This document shows positions 48,771 through 61,531 of a stretch of 64,000 nt of DNA, piece after piece. Source of the DNA: Vitrella brassicaformis CCMP3155. Lineage: Eukaryota > Protista > Chromerida. The position numbers and the translations under genes were made by a program. How positions within the stretch are numbered: the stretch's first letter is position 1; each line of letters starts with the position of its first letter. The stretch covers positions 98,319-162,318 of the forward strand of contig CDMY01000223.1 in the NCBI GenBank assembly GCA_001179505.1. The letters run 5' to 3'. Below the pieces are notes generated by a model. The model was not told the origin of the DNA. It did not search any database and saw only the letters and a list, made by a program, of their open reading frames with translations.

Positions 48771-51155
48771 CAAAATGAATGACCAGACCAATGGGGATGA
48801 ATGAGATGACGGAATCAATAGCATGAAGCCAAGGAAAGGATCCATATGGATCCGCCAAGTCCGACGGCCGCTGCCGGCCGTGTAGACGTACTGATTGTAC
48901 GTGGGATGGATGCGTGGACGCCCGGATGGATGGATGGGTGGGTGGGTGGAGAGATGGTGGACGGAGGCAGGCAGGCATTTTTAACGGAGGATGGCTGGCT
49001 GGTTGCAGAGAGACACATCAGTCACATCACATGACATCACATCACATCACATCACATCACGGCGGCGCAGTGGTTTGGTGCATTCTTCTTCATTCTTGGC
49101 GTGAGCGGCTGGCTGGCTGCATACATACTCATTTCATCGGTGTGTGGTGTGGTGGTGTGTGTGTAGTATACGTCGCCCGTATGTATGTGTGTAGCCTGCA
49201 ACGCCGAGGAGATGATGGGGCGAGTGTGTGAGAGATTGATTGCCTGAGAGAGAGAGTGCGGAGTTTTCATCTGGTTGTTTCTTTTTGACTGATCGACTGC
49301 TGACGGCATGGATCCACACATCGATGGTGGCATGACTGACTGGATGGATGGATGGATGACGGTGAAGGACACGGAAGGACACGAGCCATCATCGCAACTT
49401 AATGGTTAACGCTCATCAACACGTACGGAGAGATTGGTCGATTGACTGATGTCTAGACAGACGTGGGTGGAGTTGTTTATGCATACGCACATACACACAG
49501 ATACAGACAGTCAGACAGTCAGACAGACAGGCACCAACCAACGGCCGTGACACACACACCCCACAGAAAGGGCACGCTCACACCATCCTACCACACCACA
49601 CCGCACACCATCCAGCCAGACATCAGGCCATCCATCCATCCAGACGAACAGACACTTCTGTGTGTGGCGACAAAAAAAGGGCGAATCTTCCATCCATTTT
49701 AGGCAACCATGCATTCATTATACAGAGACGTATATACTTACACACACACACACACACGCGTGTGAGACAAGGCCATCCATCAGTCATCGGCCGCCAGCGA
49801 TATATGCTTTGTTACCCAGCCACCCACCCTGTACACACATCGACCCGTGTCGAGAACCGGATACCGTCCGTTCAAGCGCTCTCTGCTCCTCTGTGCCGCT
49901 CTCTTTCTCTCTCAGCTTAATCAATAGGTTAACCAATCTGACTGTGTCGGTCCGTGTGACGGCTGTGTGTGTTCTGTCGTGTTGCCCCGTCATGGCGAAC
50001 GGCACCGGGAGTCAGGGGGACGACCCGACCACCCATGGTGACGTTCCCAACTTCAGAGGGACACGACAGCCCACACGTCACGTCACATCCTATTCACAGC
50101 AGTTTCCCCCGCTTCTATCTTGGTTCCGTCCGTGTCGATCGACGACTGTCCTCTCGCTGAATGCTCATCCCGACGCTGTGCACGACGCCCTCGCCAGTCG
50201 TACAGAACCAACGAGAGCACCCTGCACATTCTCAAGGACAAGCATCCAGCGTGAAGACTGTCCACACACCACCAAATGCAGGTCTTGCCCCTCCCTCCCC
50301 TCCTCCCGGTTCATCGCAGCCAGTTGGTTGACTCACTCACTCACTCACTCTACCTCTCAGTCTCTCTGCCTGCCCGTCTGTCTGTCTGTCTGTCTGCCTG
50401 CCAGTAAGCGGACCCAGCCTCTCTTCACTCACACCAAGCTCACAGAGGTAGGCATATCGGTGACATACATTGATGATAGATGGGCGATGTCTTAGGTCTT
50501 ACCCACGTGGTGTCAGACTACTCACACACACACACACACACGGACCGCCCCACCCCACCCCAGCCCTCAGCCAGCCAGTCAGCCACCCAGAAAGAAAGAC
50601 AGACAGACAGCCACCCTCTCGCTCCCGCGCCTCACCACCCCAGGAGCAAGGAAGACGGGCGGATGGTACACAGCTGTGTACTGTACCTGTGGTGAAGCGT
50701 GTGTGTGTGTGTGTGTGGATACGAATGGAAAAACGGAACAACGAGGGAGGGTGTGGTGTGTCATCATGCGGGGTTGAAATCCATCCATCCCTCCAGGCCA
50801 TGCAGGTAGGTAGGTATGCATCAGAGGCGTCGGAGATTCTTTGACTCCCAAGCTTGCAGCAATTGCAGACATCTTTGGCAGGCAAGGCAAGGAGAATGGG
50901 AAAGAACAAGAGAGAAGGGGGGATGGAGGCAGTGAGGGAGAGAGGGAGGAGTGAGAGTGGTCTTCATGGGCAGAAAAGACGGACGGAAAGCAAGCCACAC
51001 ATCACTCACTCACTCACCCTTGCCCTCTCTCGGTCCTTCCTTGAAATGTGCCGACCGAAACACGCAGCCACGCACACCCCCGCCAAGCCTTCCGTCCAGC
51101 CCATCTACCTTACCACCCCATCTACGCAATCGGCCAATCGAATCGACCAAACAGG

Positions 51156-54100
51156 TCACGACGTATGTCGTCTGTCCATCCACCCCGCCCCCTCTCGCCC
51201 CACATCCACCCCAAGCCCCCCCTCCACCGGCGCCTCATCCTCCGTCTTGACCACAGGCGCCTCCGCAAGACCCGCTAGCGCCTCAGCCAGGTCCTCCAGG
51301 TCATAGTCGGCTGATGTCTTGGGCATTTTGCTGGGCGGCTCGTCGCTCCCGGGCGGCGAGGTGACGTTGATGGTGGGTGCGGGTGCTGAGGCCTTTGCTT
51401 CGGGTGATGAGTCAAGGTCCATGAGAGCGTCGAAGCGCGTCTTGATGTCGCCTGCTGGGAGGGTGGCGGCGGCGGCGGTGGCCATAACCTCCTGCTTGCG
51501 CTTCTGCCGGACCATCTGACGCTCCTGACGCACCTCACGCTCAGTGTCCTGCACACGAGAGAGAGGGACACACACAGCGCAGCGGTCAGGGCGCGTGTGT
51601 GTCACATCACCATCAGATGCTGTCTAGTGCTGACCGACCTCCAGGTAGCGCAGGAGACTGAGGTCGTCCTCAATGTCCCGTGTGTCGAGCTTCTCCATCT
51701 CATTCACGTCCAGTCGCTCCGGGTTCTGAGCCACACCACGCCGGCCGCGGCCACCACGCGCTCTCCCCCGCCCTCTAGCCGGCAAAGTGGGCGATGTGAT
51801 CGTCCCCCGGCTGCCACGCCTTCCCCGCCCGCACCCTCTGCCGGGTCTCCTCACCGTGTAGAGCTCGTCATACTCTCGCTCCAGTGCGTCTGCGTCGGCC
51901 GCCGAGCGGCTGAAGTGAATGCCGCTGGGGCGGTCTCTGCGCACTTGCACTTGGTTGGGGGGGTTGCGGGTGAAGACGGCCAGGGGTCTGGGAGTGTTGG
52001 CTTGGTGGGCCGACAGCACCAGGTCGACCCAGCTTTTGAAGGCCTCCTCGCCTGGCCCGCCTGGCATGTCCAAGTCGGTGTCCCGCCGCGACTCGAAACC
52101 CCCGCGGCTGGCCCGGACGCTGGAGCCGCGGGAGGGCACATTGCTCCACTCTCCGGCCAGGTCTCGATCTCGCCCTCGCCCCTCCAGCACGAAGTCCTCG
52201 TCCGTGTCCTTGCTAGGGTACCGCTGATGGCTCTTGCTGCTGCGCTGCTCCTCCAACCTGATGATGCGGCGCATCTTGCTCGCCACCCTCAGACCGTTGG
52301 CACTCCGCGTGACCCGCTTCTCCACCACACCAGCTGGTGGCGGGGACAGGTACTTGCCCCTGCCCGCCGGGCTGTCGTCGTGGTCGTGAGATCTGTTGGT
52401 GCGCTTCCGGTGCCGGTGGCGTGTGGGAGGGGAGAGGGAGCGGGAAGACGCCGACGCCGAGTCGCGAAGAAGCGACCTGTCTGAGAGGGAGAAGCTGTCG
52501 TAGGGGTCGTGGAGGTTGCAGAAAGCGGGGTGGCGCGTGTAGAGGTGGCGGGAGGGGGGCAGGGGGCCGCATGCGTACAGGCCATAGGGGTCCACCTGGG
52601 ATGCCGGCAACGGTTGCCTAAGGGAGACCAGGCAGCGGGCACAAAGAACAGTCAGTAAGGAGGGGGCGGGGCGTCTGTGTGCACTGCATGTGGTGGTGCA
52701 TTGCTGGTCTACCCGATGGCTGTGTATGGCGTTTGTTGCGGGAGCTTCTCTTGGGTGGCCTTTGCGAGGATAGAGGGGATGACAAGGGGCCTGACAAACA
52801 AACACCAAGCGAGCGACAAATGCGACTGAGTCGTCGGACGGTGTCATTATCTATCTGTATGTCCGTCTGGTACCTCTTGCTGGCCTTCTGTTGGGCTGTG
52901 TTCTGTATGCCCTTCACCGTCTTGTCCAGGACCTCACGAACCGGCGCAGCATTGACCCCCGACGATGCCGAGGAGCCCCACAACCTGACACAAATCGCAC
53001 AGAGAGACAACCACAGGTGAGGTGGTGACCTGCCTGCCTGTTCTTCGTTCCAATTGCCCTCTGCCCTCCTCTGCCCTCACCGTTCCATCTCGGTGTAGAG
53101 GCCCTGCGCATGCTTCCACCGCCACTGGCTGCCCACCGGCCCAAAATTGAGGGCTTCCTGACCCTGCTTCCCGCCACCACCATCATTGCCCCTGTCGGGG
53201 GGCCACTGCCATCTCAGCGGACATGAGGGGCGGGGGCGCGGACGACGCTCGACAGTGTGGCTCCGCAACCCTTTGGCTTTCTCAGATGGAGCTTGCTGCT
53301 GGTGTGCGGTGGTGTGGCTGGGCTTGGGTAGTGGGTTAGGGGGAGATGACGATGCGCATCGACGAGGGGCCGAGTGGCACATGGCGAAATAGCTCGACGT
53401 GAACAATTCCCTGGGCACAAACAGGCCGAAGGAGACTGTTAAACCGGTCCCTGTGCGTGCGTGCGTGGTGTGCGCTCACTTGTCCTCGGCTGCTATGGGA
53501 GGGAAAAGGTCCGTCCTGCTCTTCTTGTCGCCCGTACTGGCTGCCTCCTTGGCTGCAGCTGCTGGATTGGCACCAGTCATCGGCCGGGGCGGCGAGGTGC
53601 CGGCCTTGACGAAGATGTCGTCGTATGTCAGCCCCTCAGTTGGCTGCTGCTGCTGCTGCTGGTGCTGCGTGTGCAGGGGGTGAGAGGTGGCGGGGTCAGG
53701 CTTCTGGTGCTTCCCTCCCATGCTCAGCTCCTTCCAGGCCTCCGCGCCCCTATCGACATCCATCAAACACACAGAACATGCCGTATGGTATGCATCATCG
53801 AGCCAGCCGTCCACAGGCGCCTCGCCTCCCGTCCGTCCCGTGACAAGCTAAGCCGACCAGTTGTTGTGTCTGGGCATCCCGCCCTTATCGGCGCCCTTCT
53901 TCCTGTGCCGCCGTTTTGGGGTGTTCTTGACCACATGGGTGGGGTGGCCGATGGACGCAATGAGCTCTGGCTTGATGGTGACGGGCGGCCGCGAGCCCGA
54001 CTCGATGTCCCTCAGCCACTGGTCCTTGCTGCTCTCCAGACGCATCATCTGACGCCGAACCGTCGACACATCACGACCTGTGTAGACACACCAGAGCGAC

Positions 54101-55462
54101 CACAAACGAGAGCTGGACGGTTCGCTTGTTCTCCGTCGTGTGAGTGTGGTACCTACCCATTTTCTCGGCAATGTAGTTCCAGTCGCGTCTCTGTATGATG
54201 AAGGCCATCATCTTGACGTCGTCCTGGTCGGTCCAGCTGGGGTCTCTGTCCTCCTCTACTCTCTCCTCTCTCTTCACGACAGCTGTCGGACACGGAGGAC
54301 CGGCCCCTGTCCACACACACAACCAACACCACATCACACCCCCACACACAGAGATCTCGATAGGAGATGGACCCGTCAGCCATCATCCTCCCTCCCCTCC
54401 CTGTTAATCTTGCTCACCGATGGTCGCCGCAGTACCGGCGAGCTGATTCTGCGGGCAGAGAGGCGGACCGACGGACTCAAACAGCTTCTTTGGCTCCTGC
54501 TGCTGCTGCTGTTTCTGCTGCTGCTGCTGCTGGGGGTGCTTTTGCTGGGGTTGGGGATCATCTGTGTTGTGTGGGGCGGGTGTGCCGAAGGTCTTGACAG
54601 GCTGTGGGAGTGGCGGAGGGGCCATGATCAGCTGAGGGACCTCTTCCGACTTTTTGCGCTTCAGGGCAGCGATCAGCTGAGGGACCTCACCAGACTGACT
54701 CCGCTGCAGGAAGTGACACACGACGGCACACACAGTAGTGCGAGAGATAGCCTGCCTGTGTTTGTGCGGTGGTTGGGCCCGCCCCACCTGCAGACGGCTG
54801 GATGTCCTGCGGAGACTTCTGTTTCCAGATACTGGCTCGGCAGCATCGCCGTTCGCCTGACATGCCACACCAACACAACACAGACAGACATCAAAAGGGC
54901 CAATATCGTGCGACAGAACGGCCGGCTGCCTCACACACGAAGCACGGTGCACAGAGCACCCCTTTGTGAGCCAGCCGCTGTGGTGCGCGTTGCCCTCACC
55001 ATGCCATGTGTAGGCGGCTCCACCTGGCTCGACGCCATCCGGAGGCGCACACACGTGACGCGATCCGCACCTGAAGACGCACACCGACAGCATGCCCCAG
55101 TGCCGAGTATATGGAACAAACACCCCTCTACTTGTGCACATCTGTCCACCGGGACCCTTTCTGTCCATGTTCACGGCAGAAACCACGAGACAACCGTCGC
55201 AGTCCGGCCACCCACCTGCGGAGCCGTCTCCGGCGTTGGCACGCTCGGCTGTCTTGCCCAGCTAGGACAGATTCAGACGCAAGAACTGGTGCCCTCTGCT
55301 TGCGGTGCGGGGAGGTGCGGCCGCACGGGTGTCTCCCCGACTCGCTCTGCTGCCGTACACTCACCGAGTGCTTTCTACAAAATTAACCGACAGAGGCTGA
55401 TCCCGAGAGGGAAGTGGACGACCACAAGGCTGCGCTAGCGAAGAGACGTTCTCCGTGCCCAT
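51156..55462 (-). CDS. Hypothetical low-complexity nuclear protein with a Myb/SANT-like motif
   Basis: SWTDQDDVKMMAFIIQRRDWNYIAEKMG|RDVSTVRRQMMRL fits Myb W-x(~18)-W-x2-IA spacing. Poly-Q, S/R-rich exons and scattered CxxC motifs. Exon chain only partly resolved. Confidence 0.55.
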
Positions 55463-55471
55463 CCTCTTCTC

Positions 55472-55492
55472 AGCTCGCAGCTGCTGCGAGCT
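55472..55492. promoter_or_regulatory. Dyad element in a 53-bp bidirectional intergenic region
   Basis: AGCTCGCAG-ctg-CTGCGAGCT, a perfect 9-bp inverted repeat between two divergent ATGs (55462 minus, 55516 plus). Confidence 0.5.
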
Positions 55493-55515
55493 AAGCCGAA
55501 AACGCGAAGGCAGAG

Positions 55516-58500
55516 ATGGGGCGAAATGTTGTGATCTGCCACCTGTGGTGCTTCGTCTTGCTGGTATGTGGCCGTGTGTGGGGTGAATCTCCAATATTGA
55601 CGAACGATGACGACGCTGTGTACACGAAGCTGACGTACACGGAGATCACGGAGGCCTTCGAAGGGCTGGCGGAGAAATACCCCAAGCTGGTCAAGCTGGA
55701 GTCAGCTGAAGAAAGATACGGCAAGTACAATGTCAAGACCTCGCAGTGGAAATGCGACGACCTCCCGTGAGTGAGAATGGAGAGAGGATGACAAAGGGAG
55801 GGCCCGGTGATGGAGGCAGATGCAGTGTTTGTGCTGGTTTGTGTGTGTGTTGGGCATGCAGGTGTGACATAATGATTGTTCGACTGGGGAATAACGAGAC
55901 TCTCACGGCCAAGACTCCTGAGGTCACAGACAGACAGAGGCAGAGAGGCATCGACGGCGGCATGAGTGGAGGGAGACCCGCTCCCCGTTGCATTGATTGT
56001 GCAGGTGTATGTCAGTGGTGCGCTGCATGGCAATGAAAGACTGGGTACGGTCCGCAGGCAGACAGGCAGGCCGATAACGCGGTGAGTGAGTGATTGTGAT
56101 GGTGTGTCCACCAGGTCCCCCCGTGTGCACATACCTGGCGGAGTTTCTGTGCGAGCGGTACGGCAAGAATGACAAGGTCACATGGCTGGTGAGTGAGGCC
56201 TCTCACACAAGGCAGGCAGCCAGGGAGGGAGGGAGGGAGGCACAAATGGGTGCATGGGCCCCCACCTCAATCTCCATTGGGTTCGCTCGGCGCCGTCTGT
56301 CTGCCTTTCCGTGCGAATCTAAGTACGATTGAGAAACAGACACTGTCTCGGTCTGCCACTACTCACGGGGGTGTCCACATCAGTCTAGCGCTAGACACGG
56401 CCGCCCACCCAGCTGACCGAGATACATACCATACACACACGTGTTTCCTTCCTGCACGCAATGCCTGGCTCGTTCACCCGTTGTCACACACATGTCTGGC
56501 TGGTTGTCTGTCTGTCTGTCTGTCTGTCTGTGTGGTGTGCTGTGCACGTGTGTGTCTTGTTTGTCCAGATGGACAATCGGGTTTTGTGGATGACGCCCAT
56601 GACCAATCCCATCGGCGTGGCCAACGACCAACGGGTGTGCGTCGCCAGGACAGACAGGAGAATCCCATAGCCAGAGAGAGGGATTTTGGTTGCGCTTGTG
56701 TGTGGTGTGTGAAGGAGGAGAACAACATCGACCCGAATCGTGACTTCCCCTACAGGGCACCCCCAGACGCCTGCATGGCCACCATGACGGTGAGCTTGCA
56801 AGCACGGAACGGCACCTCAAGCACAAACTCCATCATCGGTCCTCTCTGCCTTGTGTGTGCCAGGCCCGGGCGGTGAATGAGCTCTACCGCGAGCACCTCT
56901 TCCGTCTGGGCATCACTTTCCACGGAGGTGAGGTACCCACCACACCACACTAGCTAGCTACCACACGCCACGGTGGAAAGTGTGATGGTCTGTCTGTCTG
57001 TCTGTCTGTCAGGCCAGCGTGTGATGGCGTACGAGTGGGGCTCCTTCGACCATCTGGAGCGTGACCCATCGGCTCCCTCGGGGTACAGTTCCACCGAGCC
57101 GCCCGACGAGCAGACTCAGGTGGCCATCGGCAAGGCCATGCAGGCCGCAGCGGGCAGGGAGAAGAATGGCGACTTCTGGTACCCGCTCGGGGCCATGACC
57201 GACCTTGTCTACGCTGTCGACGGAGGTACACACAGAGGTGGTTGGCTGACGCGGGAGGCTGTCATTTGTGTTGGGTGTTGTGTGTTGGCAGGGATGGAGG
57301 ATTGGTCATACGCTGCCAGCTGGAAGCCATCAGGGGACCCTATCACGGTAGGTGCACGAGATGACACACACACGGCATGGGACTCTCGGCGGTCCGAGTG
57401 AGTGAGTGAGTTGTGCTGTGTGTGTGTGTGTGTGAGCAGGTATGCGATCCATCGGCGAATGGTGGGTACGACAAGGAGCGGACAAAGTACAACGAACACA
57501 TGGTTCGGTAAGTAAGCCATCCAACCTGCCAGCCACAGGCACAGCGCACAGAGAGACAGGCACCCCACCCTGTAGGTAGAGTAGAGCGGTCACTGGGCGG
57601 GCGGTCAGTCGGTCAAGTTGCCATTGACTGATTCCGTCGTTCAGGTGTCTGCTGTTCTTGTTTGAGATGGACAAGAGCAAACATCCGGAAGAGAGCACAT
57701 ACGGTGGGTATGCACACACACACTCAGGCCAGGAAGCCACATACGGAAGCAGAGAGGGTGGGGCGTGCTCATCACTTCCCACAATATGTGTGTGTGTGTG
57801 TGTGTGTGTGTGCTGCCCTGGACCGACCGACGGACACTGCAGGCAATCGGGCAGAGGTGGTCAAAGCGTCGGCGTAAGATGACTGACGGCGCACTAAGCC
57901 CTTTGTCTTCGTCCGCAAAGCACTTTACTTATCTCTTTCTCTGTTGTCTGTCTTTCATCAGCACTGACGGCCACATTGCCCGGAACATGAGATCGGTCCT
58001 CAAACTCATGGGTAAACCCACACACCAAAGCCACACACACACCTCGGTGGCTCTCGTGTGTTTCATTCATCTGACTTGTCAGAGTTGGTAGATCCGTATG
58101 TGGTGTTCACCCAGCTGCCCCCCAAGGAGGTGCAGCCCAACGACCCGGCGTCCATTGCCCTCCTGCCCATAGGGTGCGTCAAGGCTACATCACTCAGACT
58201 GCGAATGGTCAAGGCACCTTGCCACGAACTCACAGGTAGGTAGAAACAAGAAAGACATACCCGGGCCACAATCATCCACACGCATCCCCCACTCTACCTT
58301 CCTCATTGAGGTGTGTGGTGTGTGTCAACCACACAGAGGGAGCATTTATGGGCGAAGGCAGTGACGTCATCGACCTCTCGTCGACCGGCGGCACGTCCAA
58401 TGCACAGCGGTCCGGAGAGCAGGGCTCCACTGGCGGCACCGGCGGTGCTGCAGATGAGGCGGCTTTGTGGCAGCTGGCCGCTACAGAAGAGGAGACCGAC

Positions 58501-61026
58501 TGCCGCGGGCTTGGTGTGTGGGAGGAGGAGGGCGACAAGGGGGAGGTGGTGTTTGAGTTCACCCTGCCCCAGCAGCTGCAGGCCGGCCAGTACTGCGCCG
58601 CCGTACTCGCAGAATTCGACCAGGTGCTTGATTAACATCAGCCACTTCACGTGTGTCTCATGTGTTCTCAGCTCGCTCATCTGCATGTTTGTTGTGTTTG
58701 TTTTGCAGGGCTGGGCGAAGCAGGAGGAGCCCGACCCTCCCTTGAAGCCCCAGGCGCACATATCTCAGGCCCGTCTCTACGACAACTACACGGCCGAGAA
58801 CGCCGGCATCATCATCGAGGGCCACAAGACCTGGCTCTTCCCCAGGGGTACCGCCAGCGAACTCGCCATCCCATCAGTGCCCGGCAACAAAGTCGTCTAC
58901 GGCTTCTCGCTCACAGTGTCGTTCCTCTCCTCCCGGGCCATCATGGCCGTCTCGTCGGTGGCCCTTCCGCTGATCGGGACGCCCCTATCTGCCGCCGAGC
59001 AGGGCAACCCTGTGGACCTCTTCACGGTGACGTTCAACCTGCGCAACGAATCGCGAGTGTCTGATGAGCCGCTGGCTGACACGGGGGGCGCTGCCAAGGG
59101 ACATGACGCAGTGGATATTCTCATCGCCTCTGTGGTCAGTCAGTGATTGAACAAGGGGGCGTGGGGACAAACAGATAGTCGGATGGTCTCTCTCTCTCTC
59201 TCTTTCTCTCTGTGTCTGTGTGTGTGTGTGTGTGCAGCGGCCAGTTGAGCAGGTGTCCCAGGGGCTGTATGTGTTGCGTGTGAGGGAGTATGGCGACCTG
59301 CTCAAGCCTGGCAACACCTTTGAGGCGGGAGATGCAAGTATGGAGGGAGGCAACAAGGCAGGCAGATCGGCCGGCCTTCTACATGCATTGACTCTGATTC
59401 GTGTTCACCACTCAGAGTTGGAGGAGGGCGTGTTGGCTTCCTTCCAAGTGGGCGAGCCCAAGTCACGCGCCAAACCTCTCGAAAACGCTCACGTCGTCTT
59501 CGAGACCAGACACAAGGTGGGCAGACGAACAGCTTACACGCATGCACATGACATCGATGGCACTCATCAATCACATCGCCCCGCCCTCTCTCTCAGATTG
59601 ATGCATCTCTCGGTGACCTGGTGGGCCGTGGGCTGGCACTCGAAAGATATGCGTCTCTTGAGGAGCAGGAGTACCTCGGCGAAGGCCACGCCGTCGTCCC
59701 TCTCCCAATGTCGCCCTCCGCCAGCTCCGACACAGACACAAACAGCACGCAGAGCGCGGTGGTGTTCAGCGACCTCTACCCCACAGCCAACACACCGCCA
59801 GCCGACGCATCCTCCCTCATCTGCTACATGCGGGACACCTCACACCAGCTGGTCGTCACGCGGGCCAAGGACCTGAGCCCCTTCAGGGGCTACCTGGTGT
59901 ATCGCGACGCGAGCAAGGAGAGCGGGTCGGCTGGGAGCGGTCAGGTGCATGTGGATGGGGCCTTGTGTGGGATAGACAGCGGCAAGGGAGCCGAGATGAC
60001 GGTCAGGAGTGCGTCTGGATGCTGCAAGGCTGTGGAGGTGCAGAGGCCGCTGCCGACCGTCACAAACCCGACCCTCGATAGGGTCATTCCCGTCAAGGCG
60101 AGATTCGACCCCAAGGACTGCCATTGCGGGCCAGGTGTGTATCCTATGCGCCTGAAATTGGGAGAATGGCGATAGATGTTCTGATAATTTGCTTCCTTTG
60201 TTCTTTTGCCTGCAGGTGATCAGCTGACGCTCAATCACGCCAAAACCCTCTACACGGTCAGCCGGCAGCAGCACCAAGGACACCACACCAGCACTTTCTG
60301 CTTACACATCTCTCTCTCTCTCTCTCTCTCATGCAGTGCACTCTGGGGTACCGCGACCCCGAGTCTGACACGAGTCACCTGACGAGCACGGTGTGTCCGG
60401 TGGAGGCCCTAGCGCCTCCCTCCTACCGCGAGTTCAACTGGTGGCAGCAGCTCGTCGTCTTTCTCATATTCGTCGTCGCATCGGCCTGCCTCATCACCCC
60501 CTGTGTGCTGTGGAGGTACAAAAATGCCGGCGAGCGCAAGGCCACATACCAGTCGTACCGACTCAGCGGGGAGTCACCGGGACCCACCATCGAACTCCCG
60601 CCACTCGACAAAAGGGTCCCCAAAGGTGAGAAGCCATGGATGGATGGATGGATGCCACACAGAAAGACACACCTGTACTTACTGTGAATGTTGATCGATC
60701 TGTCAGATCTGCGCACTTATGTGGACAAGAGTTCTGAACCCAACGAGCTGCACACGGTGGGCATCCAGCGGGAGTCACACGATGCCGCGCAGCCACGTGC
60801 CGAAACCAGGGCAGCACCGGGCTCAAGGTCAGGGCGCGAGAGCGTCCGCAAGGAGGGGGGCCGGAGGGAGACCCGCCGCGATGAGAGTGAGACCCCCGAG
60901 AGCCGGGAGAGGGATCGTAGTAGGGCAGAGGGTGTGGGGGAGGGGGGCGGGGGCGACGCTGTGGGGTATGAGGCTCCACCCATGATCAATCTCGAGGAGG
61001 AGAAAGACTCGGTGACGCTGCTGTGA
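55516..61026 (+). CDS. Type I membrane zinc carboxypeptidase (M14)
   Basis: Signal peptide; SGALHGNE (HxxE), IDPNRDF, ITFHGG (third Zn ligand), YAVDGG|MEDWSY, LFEM (likely catalytic Glu); long ectodomain, TM WWQQLVVFLIFVVASACLITPCVLW, and a charged cytosolic tail. Confidence 0.85.
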
Positions 61027-61531
61027 GTGATGGGTGGTGGATAGTCGTTGATCCATGTGATAGCCAGGCCGAACAGGCTGAGTGCAGCTGTGCTGTTGAT
61101 TCATGCGCACGCACCTAATTAAGGGATGCGTGGGCGGGGGCGGGGAGGTCTGTCGTGAATGAAGCCATGACGCCGTTGTCGTCGATTGCTCTGAGGAGAG
61201 GTGCGTTTTTACTGTTCTGTCTTGGTGAGTGTGTGTGTGCGCGTGTGTGTTGTCCTTGGTAGCTGACTGCCTGTGAGTGAGAGCAGGCAGGCAGTCGGGC
61301 CTCCTGTGAGTGTGTCTTTTGGATTGCGTGTAGAGGTTGGCTGCTGAGAATGTATGTGTCTTGAGACATGTGGAGTGAGACCGATGGATGGATGGATGAT
61401 GTGATGTCAGCCAAGGACCTTTTTGCCATGTATTCTGTCTGCGGCTGTACAGCTGGATACATGGAAGGCACGAATCTGTCTGTCAACCAACATGCACACA
61501 CCACCCCCAGGCACATGAGTGCACAACCCAG

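Noticed and set aside
48771-51155. Hidden gene in the 2.4-kb convergent intergenic region (e.g. ORF 49662-50495 +)
   Set aside because: Dominated by (CA)n, (GGAT)n and (CACT)n repeats; translations are repeat-derived. Best explained as 3' UTRs.
54626-54688. 18-bp direct repeat GATCAGCTGAGGGACCTC
   Set aside because: Simply encodes a duplicated EVPQLI peptide in a low-complexity exon.
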